Shown here one piece after another: positions 1 to 11,549 of a DNA stretch of 46,463 nucleotides. Position numbers and translations under genes: made by a program. Position 1 is the stretch's first letter, and every line of letters starts with the position of its first letter. The notes under the pieces were generated by a model that worked only from the letters and a program-made list of their open reading frames with translations, made no database searches and was not told the origin of the DNA. The DNA lies in the NCBI GenBank assembly GCA_032718475.1, contig JAUCBJ010001851.1:1-46463 (forward strand). Reading direction: 5' to 3'. The stretch is from Nemertoderma westbladi (taxonomy: Eukaryota; Animalia; Xenacoelomorpha).

Positions 1-1331
1 GGCCGCTGTTGGGAGACGAAGTTACCGATACGACAGTAACGGGGCCAGATCTCACCATCAAGAAGAATACCCGCTTCTTCATCTTTACAGCTGATAATGA
101 ACGAACAGTACGAACAGTTGGTTTGGATCCAATGGCCATACACTTGATATCCAGGTTAACGTTACACTTTACGTAAGCCGTAATCTCCTGAGCTTGAACC
201 TCGTGGGCACAACCAGTTAAGAACAACTTGCGAAGTGGCTGAACAGTGGCAAACCCCAATGAGCTGGACTTACCATAAATGTATTTTGTTCGATGACCCG
301 GTGGCTGCGAGCGACGCCCGTCATCCCCAGATCTGCGAGCCGGTATTTTGTGAGCACTCTTTGGTTTCTTATCCTTAACTGGTTTGCCGGCACGCCCAAC
401 CTTGACGTATGGCACCCGCCATCCCCTCTGTGGGCCGGCAGGGAAGAGGTAGTCACATTCAACTGAATTGGACGTGGTATGACCTCTTCGATCGATGCAG
501 TAGACTCAGAGTTGGAATCCAGCTGATCGGTACCGGTAAGGTCAGGTACCAAATAAATTGACTTAGGGGTAGGTTTCTTCTCTCTCTGCCTATTGGACTT
601 GGACACAGAATTAACAGCCTCCGCGACATTCAGACCACCAGAGACCGAACTGAGGCCTGTACTAGTACAGGTGCCGGTAGCAGTATCGGGGGTTGCAGCA
701 GAACAGCTGACGACAGTCAGGGTGTTTAGGTTACTCTCCATCACTGCAATACGATCCTGGAGAGAGCTAACCATGTTTAGAAGGAACAGCATATCAGAGT
801 CTGTGGACCCAAACGGCGGGATAACAGATAGATCGCATAGAATGAAAATTGGCCTAGGTTCCAAGGACTGGAACCCTGGAAATTCGAACATCTCTAAGAT
901 ATCTTTTACAATAAGTTTCCTCATATCCTCACCTTGTTTCCTGTTCTTCGCGAAGCTCTGTTTCGAAAGACCAGCTCTCCTCTCATTCAAGCTACCCGAA
1001 CCTGACGATAGCAACTCTAAGATAAGGGTCTTGGCCTCCTTCAGCAGCGCATCTGGAAACTTTGGCCACGGCCCAATGACAGCGGCAATTGAGTTGGGGT
1101 GCAACCCACGGGTGTGGGCAGTCCAGATGTAGGCTAAAATATCATTCCCTACATGACAGCAGGGACTAACAGCAACATCAGGTGGTATGGTTATACTTGC
1201 TGTGGTGCAGTATTGTACCAGGGTCCGGGACCGGGGTAGGTTACTGCAGATTTAGTATCATTCATTGTAAAGTATTGGAATATAGTGAATGTTGAAACAA
1301 CAACAGCAGGTTCCCGGAAACGCGATCCCTC
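1..1331 (-). mobile_element. 5' part of a non-LTR retrotransposon (LINE): 5' UTR plus frameshifted ORF1; continues beyond the left edge of the window
   Basis: Minus-strand reading gives GNDILAYI...EAKTLI...VKDILEMF...PIFILCDLSVIPP (ORF 217-1104). After frameshifts it gives KLFLTGC...SFIISC...LLDGEIWPRYCRIGNF (1-290). The motif order matches ORF1 of the neighbouring LINE (VKDILDKL, QLFVNRC, SFKVTV, PETWPARVYVREW). 5' boundary approximate. Confidence 0.75.
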
Positions 1332-1425
1332 CAAATATCCAATATATTCGACTATCGAGAAATGGTTGAGAAATGAGAAATGTCTGAGAAATGGTTGACT
1401 TTGTTAGAATTAAAATTGGCTGAGT

Positions 1426-1470
1426 CATGGAATACTAAATATACATATACTGTATATTTAGTATTCCATG
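1426..1470. repeat. Perfect 20-bp inverted repeat with 5-nt loop; possible P-superfamily excision footprint or micro-MITE
   Basis: CATGGAATACTAAATATACA (1426-1445) and TGTATATTTAGTATTCCATG (1451-1470), flanked by near-direct repeats GCTGAGT (1419-1425) and GGTGAGT (1471-1477). Confidence 0.7.
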
Positions 1471-1999
1471 GGTGAGTCAATGTTCTGGGTAATAACATAG
1501 TTTTAGTGTATGTCTTTTCTCAAATTGTTACTCACCATATCGATAATTGAAAGATATTGTCGGACAATGTTAGAGAAAGTGAGTGGCAAACACTGTTGGA
1601 CAATATAACACAGGCGGTTCGAGTAAATTACGTCAAATAAAGATACAAAAAAAACAAAGAAAGAAAAGATACAAGAAACGTTAAAGATATATTCTTTGAC
1701 ATAATAACTTCTATGATAAACTATTACTACATAATGAAATTTTTCTAGAATAAAAAGAACAATTCCAGTAAACAGAAAACATTGCTGATAAAGTTTTTAC
1801 ATTTATTAAAAATTCAATTTCATTGATAAAAATAATGAATCTATAAACTATGCAGGAGTGGGAAATAATCTCTGCTATAAGAACTTTTTAAGAAACGAGA
1901 ATAAAGACACAAATATTAAAAAAAATACCTCGTAATGAACATTGTAAGAACATAGATTAGATTTCATTATTAGCAGCCAGCTGCTGAAAACACACTGAC

Positions 2000-3269
2000 A
2001 TGACTGAAGGAAGTGTAGCTGATACCAGTACTACCAGTACCGGCGCTGGTACTGCCAATCAGACTGGAAATAGTAGTAGTAATGGGAATATAGTAATTGT
2101 AAATGCATGTCTAACTCTGATTATGCAAGGTATGTCTTCGAGCACAATGGATCGGGGTAGTTCGTATCGTTCTAACGAGATTTACACCAGAGGAAATTTT
2201 CGCGGCCAAGGTACAACTGTTCGAAAAGTTCGACGTAGAGGTAGTCAATAGGAGAGATACTCATGAAAGGTTAGCTAGTACTGCAAATGTTAAGGACATT
2301 CTGGACAAACTGAGAGAACTAGATCATGGCGGACTATTACCCACTATCGCTACAGCTGCACTCGATGCACTGTCTCTACCAGTTATCAAAGAAGCAGACA
2401 TGGATGTTGATATCGCAATCGCTGACAATCGAACCGGCATGTCATTAGTAAACGATAGTATTGAGAAATTGGACAATTTAGTAAACGATGAAATAAAGGG
2501 ATTGGAAGGTAGGCTGCTGAAGCAAATACAGAAGAATGTAGGTCAACCAGTACCGGTACAACCTACACCTGGCCACAACCTACCGTTACAGACTGAGAGA
2601 GTAGGTCAATCTTCCAGTATGTTAAGTTACCCTCCGCAGACTTTGAGAAGTGGAATGGCCGGGCCCGCCGTACGTCCGCCGTATTCATCGGTACTAACCA
2701 CTGTAGCCAGCTCCACTGGAACAAGTAGAGTAAATAATCCGCACGGATCACAGCGAGAAGAATGGGGAGCTACTCCAACAGGTACTCCAAATAGTGCTAG
2801 AGGCAGTGTGAAGCGATATCGGCAATCAACTCCACCTGGGATGGATGAAGAAGGCTACCAATTAGTTACCAATAGGCGATATAAACGTAATGATGGTAAA
2901 CAGAGAGCAAATATGGTGGTAGGAACCCGAGGCGCGGACCAATCGAACTCAAATGTGACTTTACGCGCAGCCCCGAGCCAGTTATTCGTAAATCGATGTG
3001 ATGCAGACACGACAATAGCCGATATCGAGTCATGTTTGGCTGCAGTAAATGTGAAGGCGAGGAAGGTGGAGAAGAATACGCACAAAGACGCCGAAATGGC
3101 TAGTTTCAAAGTAACAGTGGCGACCACTCAGCTTGTAGCGTGTCTCCAGCCAGAGACATGGCCAGCCCGTGTATATGTCCGAGAATGGTTCACAGCTAGC
3201 CATAGACAATTCCAGCCACGTCGAGAGGACTTCTCACAGTCGCGGAGGGAAGCTTCGTCACATTCTTGA
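2000..3269 (+). pseudogene. LINE ORF1 (coiled-coil plus RRM-like C-terminus), one frameshift
   Basis: ORF 2000-2251 (IVIVNACLTLI) joins the frame of ORF 2400-3269 if one base is removed near the GGGG run at ~2154-2157. The join reads VVRIVLTRFTPEEIFAAKVQLFEKF...VKDILDKLRELD...MDVDI. Confidence 0.8.
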
Positions 3270-3321
3270 CGAGACTTAGGACTGATAAGTCAGTAATGTG
3301 CCATAACTCAAAAACTTACCA

Positions 3322-6289
3322 ATGGCAGGACTTACTGCTGTAGGTTCTAAACTTACTATAACTTCATATAATTCGACCGGGTTTAGTGCAGATAAAATTG
3401 ATGTAACTAAGTGATCTCATATTTAGTTCAAATATTATGTGTTTGCAAGAACATTTTCTCTTTTTTCTTGCGGTTCTGCTTTTGTACCAGCTCACTATAA
3501 TGATATAAATGGTTCATCAGGGTAGACCTTCTGGTGGATTATGTATTTTATGGCATAAATCAATTGAGAAATACATAATACGCAGAGAAATACACAGTTA
3601 AATTTACCAGGAAAGAAAATGGTTATTTTTAATAGCTATTTTCCGGTGGATGATCTTTCGATGTCCACTGTCAATGATGAGTTATTGTCCATTCTCAATG
3701 ATGTTGCTACAGTAATTTCGCAAACAAATTGCTCAAATATTTTATGGTGTGGCGATTTCAATGCCGATTTTATTCGTTCGACTATGCATTATCGTAAAGT
3801 GCGTGAATTTATAGATTGTCATTCTTTACATGTTATTTGGGACACGATCCCCATTGATTATACATATGTACATACTGTAAATGATGTAGCCTTTAAGTCA
3901 ACTATTGATCATTTTGTTGTCAGTGAATCACTATTTAATTGCAATTTCAATGCAGATGTTTTGCATCTAGGTAATAATTTGTCCAACCATAGCCAAATAT
4001 ATTTTAAAGTTGAAGTAGATGATTTAGACTACACAGAACAAGATGAAGTTAGACCTAATAGGTCTAACTATAGTAAAGCATCAGATGACCAGAAACATGA
4101 GTTTCAGCGTAGACTTGATGACAGGTTAAATGGTTTAACAGTGCCATCTTGTGTCGTTGGTTGTAGTAATGCTTTTTGTTCATCTATTGAGCATATAATG
4201 TTAATTGAGCAATATATGTTAAATGTGCTTGATTCTATCGAGATAGCAGCCGAGTGTTTATCTCAGAGTGGAGGATCGGTCAATAGCGATGCTACACAGG
4301 GTGAAATTATGCCTGGGTGGAATACTCATGTAAAACAATATAAAACAGATGCAACTTGTTATCGTGGAAGATGCCTCACAGGGCAATTTGTTTCATCTAC
4401 GCCAACTCAATATAAATATGCGGTGCGCAGGTTGAAGAAAATGACGGATAAAATAAAAAGGGAGAAACTTTTAGAGGCTGCTATCTCTGGTAATTCTAGA
4501 ATTTTTGACGAGATTCGTGATTTATGTGTGTGCAGTAATGTACAAAGTAGTGCTGTAGACGGTGAAACCGAGGCTCAGCATATAGCCAATAATTTTTATC
4601 GGATTTACAAAGAATTGTATAATCAAAGTAGTGAGGTTGAATATGACAGTTTGCTTAATGATATGAATAATATTATTCGTGATAATGATTTGATAACTAG
4701 TACGGCAGTAACAGTTGATGATGTTAAGGATGCAATGCAAAGGCTAAAAAGTCCGAAAAGTGACGTATTTTATAGTTTCGATTCGGATTCATTAATTAAT
4801 GGTGGCGATGTATTCTTCGAACATATAGCAAAGTTATTTAATATATTTTTAACTCATGGTATGATACCTAAATGTTTATTGTCTATTGCGTTAATTCCAA
4901 TTATAAAGAATAAGTTGGGAAATATTGCGTCTTCCAGTAATTATCGTGCAATTGCTGTAGCGTCATTGGTTTTAAAGATATTCGAGTTAGTTATATTAAC
5001 TACACAGGGTAGTAAGTTAGATTTGCATGACTTGCAATTTGGGTATCAGCCGCTGTCCAGCACTGTATTATGCTCTTGGACAGCGACTGAGGCTATAAAT
5101 AATTATTTAAGACAGTCAACGCCAGTTTATTCATGTCTTCTGGATTTCACCAAGGCATTTGACTTGGTGGAATGGAAGAAATTATTCTTGGAACTTATTA
5201 AAAAGGGTATTAATAGTTTATATTTAAGGTGCCTATGATATATTTACTGTAATCAGACTTGTTTTGTGCGATGGAATATGCTTAAGTCCGATGCATTTAC
5301 AATTGGCAATGGGGTAAGACAGGGGTCGTGTATATCTCCGATTCTGTTTTGCGTTATATTGAACATTCTTATTAATCGATTAAAAGATTCGAATGTAGGT
5401 TGTTTTATTGGTAGTCATTACTTTGGTTGTTTGGCTTATGCCGACGACGTTTTGTTGTTGTGTCCGTCGGTATCGGGTTTACAGTTTATGATAGACATTT
5501 GTGAAAAGTTTTGTGCAGAATTTAAGCTGCGCCTGAGTGTTAATGTAAATCAATCAAAGTGTAAATCGAAATGTATACCCTTTAATTTTAATTGGTGCCC
5601 TCCTCAGGTAAATATTGTTGTTTCTGGAATTTCGTTACCATGGGTACGACAGGCAACCCATTTGGGAATTGTCCTGGACTATAGGTGCAATTTGGCTGCG
5701 GATACACTCATGAAACGTGGACAAACTAGCAAATTTGAGACAAGAATTCTATTTTGCAGACTCATATTGTTTGACTAATATACAGAGAATTTATGTTACT
5801 AGTTTTTATCGCAGCCCGGTATGGGACTTGTTTTCACATGAATGCGCCAGGATATTTACTGCATGGAATAATAATATACATATGATTTGGGGTCTTCCCT
5901 TTACTGCACATAGGTTTATAGTTGAACGTTTAACACATTTTTCACATCCACGGGTAATGCTCTGCAGGCGCTTTTTGAATTTTTCTAGAACGATTATTAC
6001 ATCTTGTAAATTGCCCGTTAGATTTCTATCATATCTTACATTGTTTGACTGTAGAAGTAAGTGTGGTCTCAATCTTAGAAGATTATGTAATGAACTTGAT
6101 CAACCTTACTTATATAAATTATGTGCTAATGATATAAATAAGTTGAAGTATATTTATATTGATAATTCTCAGTTATGGCGCGTAAATTGCTGTCGCGATA
6201 TAATTAAGTGCATAACTGGTCCAGACTTTGTTGACGGTTTCTCTGAAGAAGAATTACGTTATATGTTAACTTATGTTGCTTCATATTAG
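3322..6289 (+). pseudogene. LINE ORF2: AP-like endonuclease plus reverse transcriptase, disrupted
   Basis: APE motifs ITSYNSTG, CLQEHF, GRPSGGL, GDFNAD, STIDHF, LSNHS. RT motifs QFGYQ, LDFTKAFD, GVRQGSCISP, AYADD. Broken by frameshifts near 3400-3610 and ~5715 and a stop at 5236-5238. Confidence 0.92.
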
Positions 6290-7126
6290 TATAGTTTCGA
6301 TGGTGTGTTTATATTATACTGCTGTATTCTTACTCTATTTAAGTATGGTTGTTTATATATTTTCTACTGTACTTAATTCTACTTTTTAAGTATTATACTG
6401 TTACTGTTACTGTTACTTACTTACCGGTACAATTATTGTGCTCTCTATACAGTAGATTCTCATTACTTTATGCTGTTCCCAGCTTGCTGGTGTACGAAAA
6501 TAAACGAAATAAATAAATAGGCCCTATTTATAATTTATTTACTCCAACATTAATAAGTACCAATTTTATAACATGGAAATGTAGACATAATCGCCTCAAC
6601 CGTTAAGCATTGCAATAGAAGGTCCGTGACTTGGAATCCCATCCCTCGCTGCCAGTAGTGCCCCCACATAGCGCCACCAACTCTTCCATCCATTGGTTAA
6701 GATTGGTATCGTCCTTAGCAACGAACAACCACCACACAGGGCTGACTCTTTAACATTTAAAGTTTATTTAACATATTAACAATTTTAATAATATTATTTC
6801 ATACAATAAGCAGGACAAAATAATCTCCACTCCAGTTAAAGTTTAACGGTATATACTATATATTCGTCATCTTACTCATCGCTGTCGCTTTCAAGTATTA
6901 TTGCCTTTCTTTTATTCTTTTGTGGTTCCGGTTCTTCAACAACTTCATTACCAGTACCAGTATTATTTGACTTCTAACATACGCTTATCTGTCATGACAT
7001 GAATCGCATCCCTTATCTCGGTTTCCACACGAGATTTAGAAAAATCCGGGTTCTTTCCATTTGCCTTTATAATCAACGACACAACTCGATAAGGGAAATT
7101 TTTTTCCCTTTAGAGGATTTTCCACT

Positions 7127-8395
7127 TGTACGTGCTTTTGAAGACCTTTAGCAGTTTAACCTGCCAAAATTTATATGTCTTTTGGTTTATAAACAGACTT
7201 TAGAAGTTGACAAATATTTAATACCAATAAACACAACATTAGCAGAAGCCAGCCTAGTGCGCGTCCATTCACCCGCTGGATATACCCGGGAGACTGGATT
7301 CTGAGGGCTTAGATTATTATTGCAGTGTAAGCTTACTGTATTATTCGATTGATCGTTAATAATTAATTTCTGACTAATATTATTCACTTTCGGGAAATAT
7401 TAACAGTTCCTTTAGGATGTGGCGCTCTATCTAGGTAAACAGAGATATGACTTATACTAATCACAACGGTAAGTCGATAAGGCTTATGATTCACGTATGA
7501 GGCGCATTCTTTAGGAAATGCTTAGTTATCAATCACAATCAGGCACACTACCGGTAACACACAATACTGCTCACTAATTTGCCGACCGTCAATGAATTTT
7601 ATCATATACAAAGAGAACAGCAACGGACTCATGTAGTGCTTATCAAATAGCATTAAATTCACTACAAACCACAATAATATAAGTCGCAATCGCTATATAT
7701 AACCCGTCTCTCTAACCTGTAGTGTATCAAGAAAATTGGGAAATTTGGGTTCTTTATAAATGTTCTCCAAATAATATTCAACCAACTAATACAAAATATG
7801 ACAACAGTAAAAAGCATTAAGACGGTAGGTTAAGATATGATATGACAATGTATGTGCCGATTGAGTCGAGTTGATTGAGTTGTGATAACAGTTATACGCT
7901 CTATAATTTAAGCCTACTAATGTTTCTTCTAAAGTATGAAAACGAATTGACTCTAGAGCCGGTGTTCCTGGCCTAGATAGAAACAACACAACAGTATCAA
8001 GAAAAAACCGTAAGACTGAACACTCCTAGTATGATCGGCCGAATATCTCCACATCGACAGAAAAAATCGCTCTGATTGGCTTAAGCTAAACAAAGAACCA
8101 TGTGTCCAATGGCCGTTTCCATGTCAGCAACCAGCTGTTAGATGTCGTAATCTGAATCATCAAGGCTAAGCTGTGTAAAGGTATTTGGTGCATTGCGGGT
8201 TTTTTGCCTTACCATGTCCGCCAAAGCACGTATATAGAAGAATGACTTTTATGTCCGTTAAAACACCTATAACGGTACCTTGCGGGCGAGGGGAATATAT
8301 ATATAGTTAGAGAGCCTTTTAGAGTATTCCAGCGCCTGGGGGGAAACTGGATTGCGAAGCAAAAGGGCCAGTTATATCCCACAGAAGCTTTTACA
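7127..8395 (-). repeat. 3' LTR of BEL element 1
   Basis: Direct repeat of 18408-19676 at a constant offset of 11281. I saw three substitutions and no indel by eye. Confidence 0.97.
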
Positions 8396-8403
8396 CCGCT
8401 CCC
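8396..8403 (-). promoter_or_regulatory. Short polypurine tract of BEL element 1
   Basis: GGGAGCGG on the minus strand directly precedes the TGTAAAAG start of the 3' LTR. Confidence 0.6.
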
Positions 8404-8473
8404 AGAAAATGGGATTTGAGTATATAAAATATACAAAATCACAGTTTCTAATATACGTAAATACTCTAAACAG

Positions 8474-9922
8474 TTAGTCTTTCTTGCGCGGACGGCGTTT
8501 ACGCAGTTTTTTAAAGCTAGCCAGAGTCCTTTTCTCTTTGGGGCGAGCCACTTTACAAGGAGGGCTATAACTCCTGGGTGAAGGGTGCAATATGATTGCA
8601 TCAGAGGGTGTAGGATTATGGTCGGTGTATCCGCCAGTCGAAGTACCGGGTTGATTGACATCAACGTCAGGGGAGAGGGGTCTAACGGCTTTGAGAGCTC
8701 GTTTCAAGACAGCCGCTCTTACGGGTCCTTTACGAGTGGTCTGAACGAGGGCCGTGGGTGGACCATAGGCAGTTAGAAACCTCCGGGGTTTAATGGTTCT
8801 TTCCAACTCGCGTTCGCGGGCTCGGTATTCGTAAGGCCGTCGATATACTTCCTGTATCTCGGGGTGTGAGTTAACAAACAAGTCTCCATAGTCCGGATCC
8901 TGACGGATATAATTGATTAAGTTATAGGAATGAAGGTCGCTAGGATTAACACTCCTGAGAAATTTGCGTACGAATTTGGTTGAAATACATTCTCCGACGC
9001 GCTTCAGTAGCTCGTAACTCGATATGCGTGATTTCTGTTCAACCGAAGCGAATAGATAAGGATGGAACGCATAAACTCCTTCGTAAGCGCGTCCGGGATA
9101 ATAGCGATGGCGCGAATCACAATGTAAATCAGCGTTCGCTTCCCAAGCTCTGATGTAACGTAGTGTGATCATTTCATCTACGCTTTCCAAATCGTGATTA
9201 AAAGGGCAATCGAAACTGGCGTGTCCCTTTAGTTGACAATGGTGACATTGAGTCATAAATTGAGGGCAAACCGCAAAAATGTGCAAGTTATTGAGTCTGC
9301 AATATGCGCAATAAATTTCCATAGTCGGTTGTTCTTGGAAATAGGAACAGCGGACGTTTGTGTCCATGGGCGTATCATGGTCTCTCGATGCGCATAACCG
9401 ACAACGTTGCCTAGAAACATAGTTGGCATGTCGATAATCATACGCAGTGAGACACTGGGGACCATGATACCATTCTATGATGTAATCGTTGTCGCTGTTC
9501 CGGGCGCGATAGGCTGAATCTCCTCAGATTCTAGGCGTATTGGTTCGTCTTCCCAGTCTGTTACGAATAGAATTTTCGTGATCTATTTTCGGTTTATCGT
9601 TACGACTCCGCTGGGTATGATATTTAAATAGAACCATTTCCCTTTCGGTGTCTACATCGTCCGTATCATGTAAATCGATAGGATGGCCGGTAGTTAGGAA
9701 GTCCATATACGTACCATTACGATGCGTATAGCGAGCGGTGAATTTTCGATAGTCCAATTCACGCGTAAGTTGCTCTTGGGACATCGGCGGTTCGATATAA
9801 CGACCATCGTCCTCCGTAATGGTTGGATCGGCTTCATCGCGTATCAAGCTATCCACAAATGCTTGTAAAGGTAGAGTATATCGCTCCCTGATACCAAGAT
9901 CATCTTCTATCAACTCCGTCAT
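8474..9922 (-). CDS. Accessory ORF of unknown function with three CCHC-type zinc knuckles and a basic C-terminus; one in-frame TGA at 9524-9526
   Basis: ORFs 9524-9922 and 8474-9367 share a frame and the sequence between them is open. Motifs: CRLCASRDHDTPMDTNVRC, CAYCRLNNLHIFAVC, CHHCQLKGHASFDC. Ends FKKLRKRRPRKKD. Confidence 0.7.
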
Positions 9923-10743
9923 ATCTGCTATCTGAGTTTATTAATATTGTAATGAGTTTATGTTTAGGCGAGCGGGCGTCGCTGCCTACCTCTCTTCGCC
10001 CCGGACAGTGGGATTCTCAGCGCCGATGTACCGTCGTCGCGGTGTTTACGCCAACATGTAGCAACATCACGACAACGATAACCGGCACAAGTCACTCCAC
10101 TGTCCGTCCCAAAGGCTTGAATCCACTTTAGGTTCTTTCTATAGGAGAGTTGGGCTACTTTCACAATTGCGACTAGCTACTGTAAACATACTTTAGCAGT
10201 AACATTCACCTATAAACGCACAAATTCCACACATCTGTCACCAATTGTACACATACAGGCCATTTGTCCGTTAGTCAGTGCCTTCCAGAATGTCACGTTA
10301 TTACTGTGTATCTTTGGATACTAACAGTGTGCTATGTATTCTCTATGCTATGCAATGTGACAAGCTTTCTATTGTTCTTTTAACTTGCTTCTAATTCTAG
10401 CGTAGGTGTTGCTATGGTGACATTATGGAATGCTAGCGGTAGAATTAGGGTAATTCTCATGCATACAGATCTGGGATGCTATTTAATAATAATTCTTTAA
10501 TTGTCAATATCCTCTTTATGCATGATTTTATTAATTTTATCGGCTATTGACTATATGTTGGAGATTCTCGCACTCTAATACACTCAATAGGATGAATCTC
10601 CGCTCCCATGATCTATTAATTAATGGAATTTTGGGAATGTTATAAATTGCACAAAATGACAATTTATGAAATTCATTTAAAATACGAATTTGAATTTATT
10701 CCCGTGAATTTTATTATTTGATGTTAAAATTGACACAATTTGA

Positions 10744-11030
10744 TTCCAGAGCAGGTCTGGGGGCATAGGATCCTTAATTCTATGACAATTGTCTTTTAAG
10801 AGTATCGGTAAGTGCTGCGATATCTTAATTGACTAGAGATTTAAAGGATCTGAATTTTACAGATTTTACTAAATATTAAATTAATATTTAAGATGGGCAC
10901 CGATTTATTCCAGAACTTGTCTGGGGACGTTAACCACTGATTCTAGAATTTGTCTTTCAAGTATATCGGTGGGTGCCGCGATATCTTAATCGACTAGAAT
11001 TACAGATGGTCAAAAGGTTTAACAGATTTA
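10744..11030. repeat. Diverged two-copy direct repeat (period ~164 bp) in the AT-rich internal spacer of BEL element 1
   Basis: TTCCAGA...GTCTGGGG...TTGTCTTT.AAG...ATCGGT..GTGC.GCGATATCTTAAT.GACTAGA occurs from ~10744 and from ~10908. Confidence 0.7.
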
Positions 11031-11549
11031 TTTGCGTTTTACGCTACTGTTATATGGACATCACGCTACTATATGTATTATTTAATATAAGGTAGAAGAG
11101 CAATATCGCACGAAGCAATGTCAGTGTGAAGAGGCAAGTCGTTTCCAAGGTCTACCCAGAGCTTGGTTTAGCCGAGACATGAGGATCTGAACTTTGCATT
11201 CCTAATACTCTGCCTACCAATAATACTTCAGTATAGTAGGAGCTTTATTGTACTTTAATAAGTACGGACATTTCATCTTACTGTAGTCACGTATTTATAA
11301 TATGATACGGACAGTAAGGAAAGAGAACAAATAATTATTTCTTGCCGTCACACTAAATATATTATAAGTAATTACGTACGTAATAAACACTAATATATTG
11401 CACTAATCTACTAAATAATCACTAAAATAACATTCTACTAAATAAAATTAAAGGAAACGATTATAATAAAATTACATAATAATACATACATAAATATAAA
11501 ATAAAAACAAATATAAAATGATATAGTCACACGCCCACTCCATATGTTA

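Larger units (their letters stand above)
1965..6519 (+). mobile_element. Near full-length LINE (ORF1 plus APE-RT ORF2), Proto2/RTE-X-like; clade not resolved
   Basis: Two-ORF layout, APE and RT motifs, T-rich 3' UTR and an AAATAAA/(TAAA)n tail ending near 6519. 5' boundary approximate; no TSD found. Confidence 0.9.

Noticed and set aside
7187-7989. Duplicated small genes (66 aa and 67 aa, repeated at 18468-19270)
   Set aside because: Chance ORFs with non-ATG starts inside the LTRs; the duplication only reflects LTR identity.
8474-10164. Envelope gene in BEL element 1
   Set aside because: No signal peptide, furin/fusion motif or transmembrane anchor in the long frame; the 66-aa ORF at 9964-10164 has no recognisable motif.
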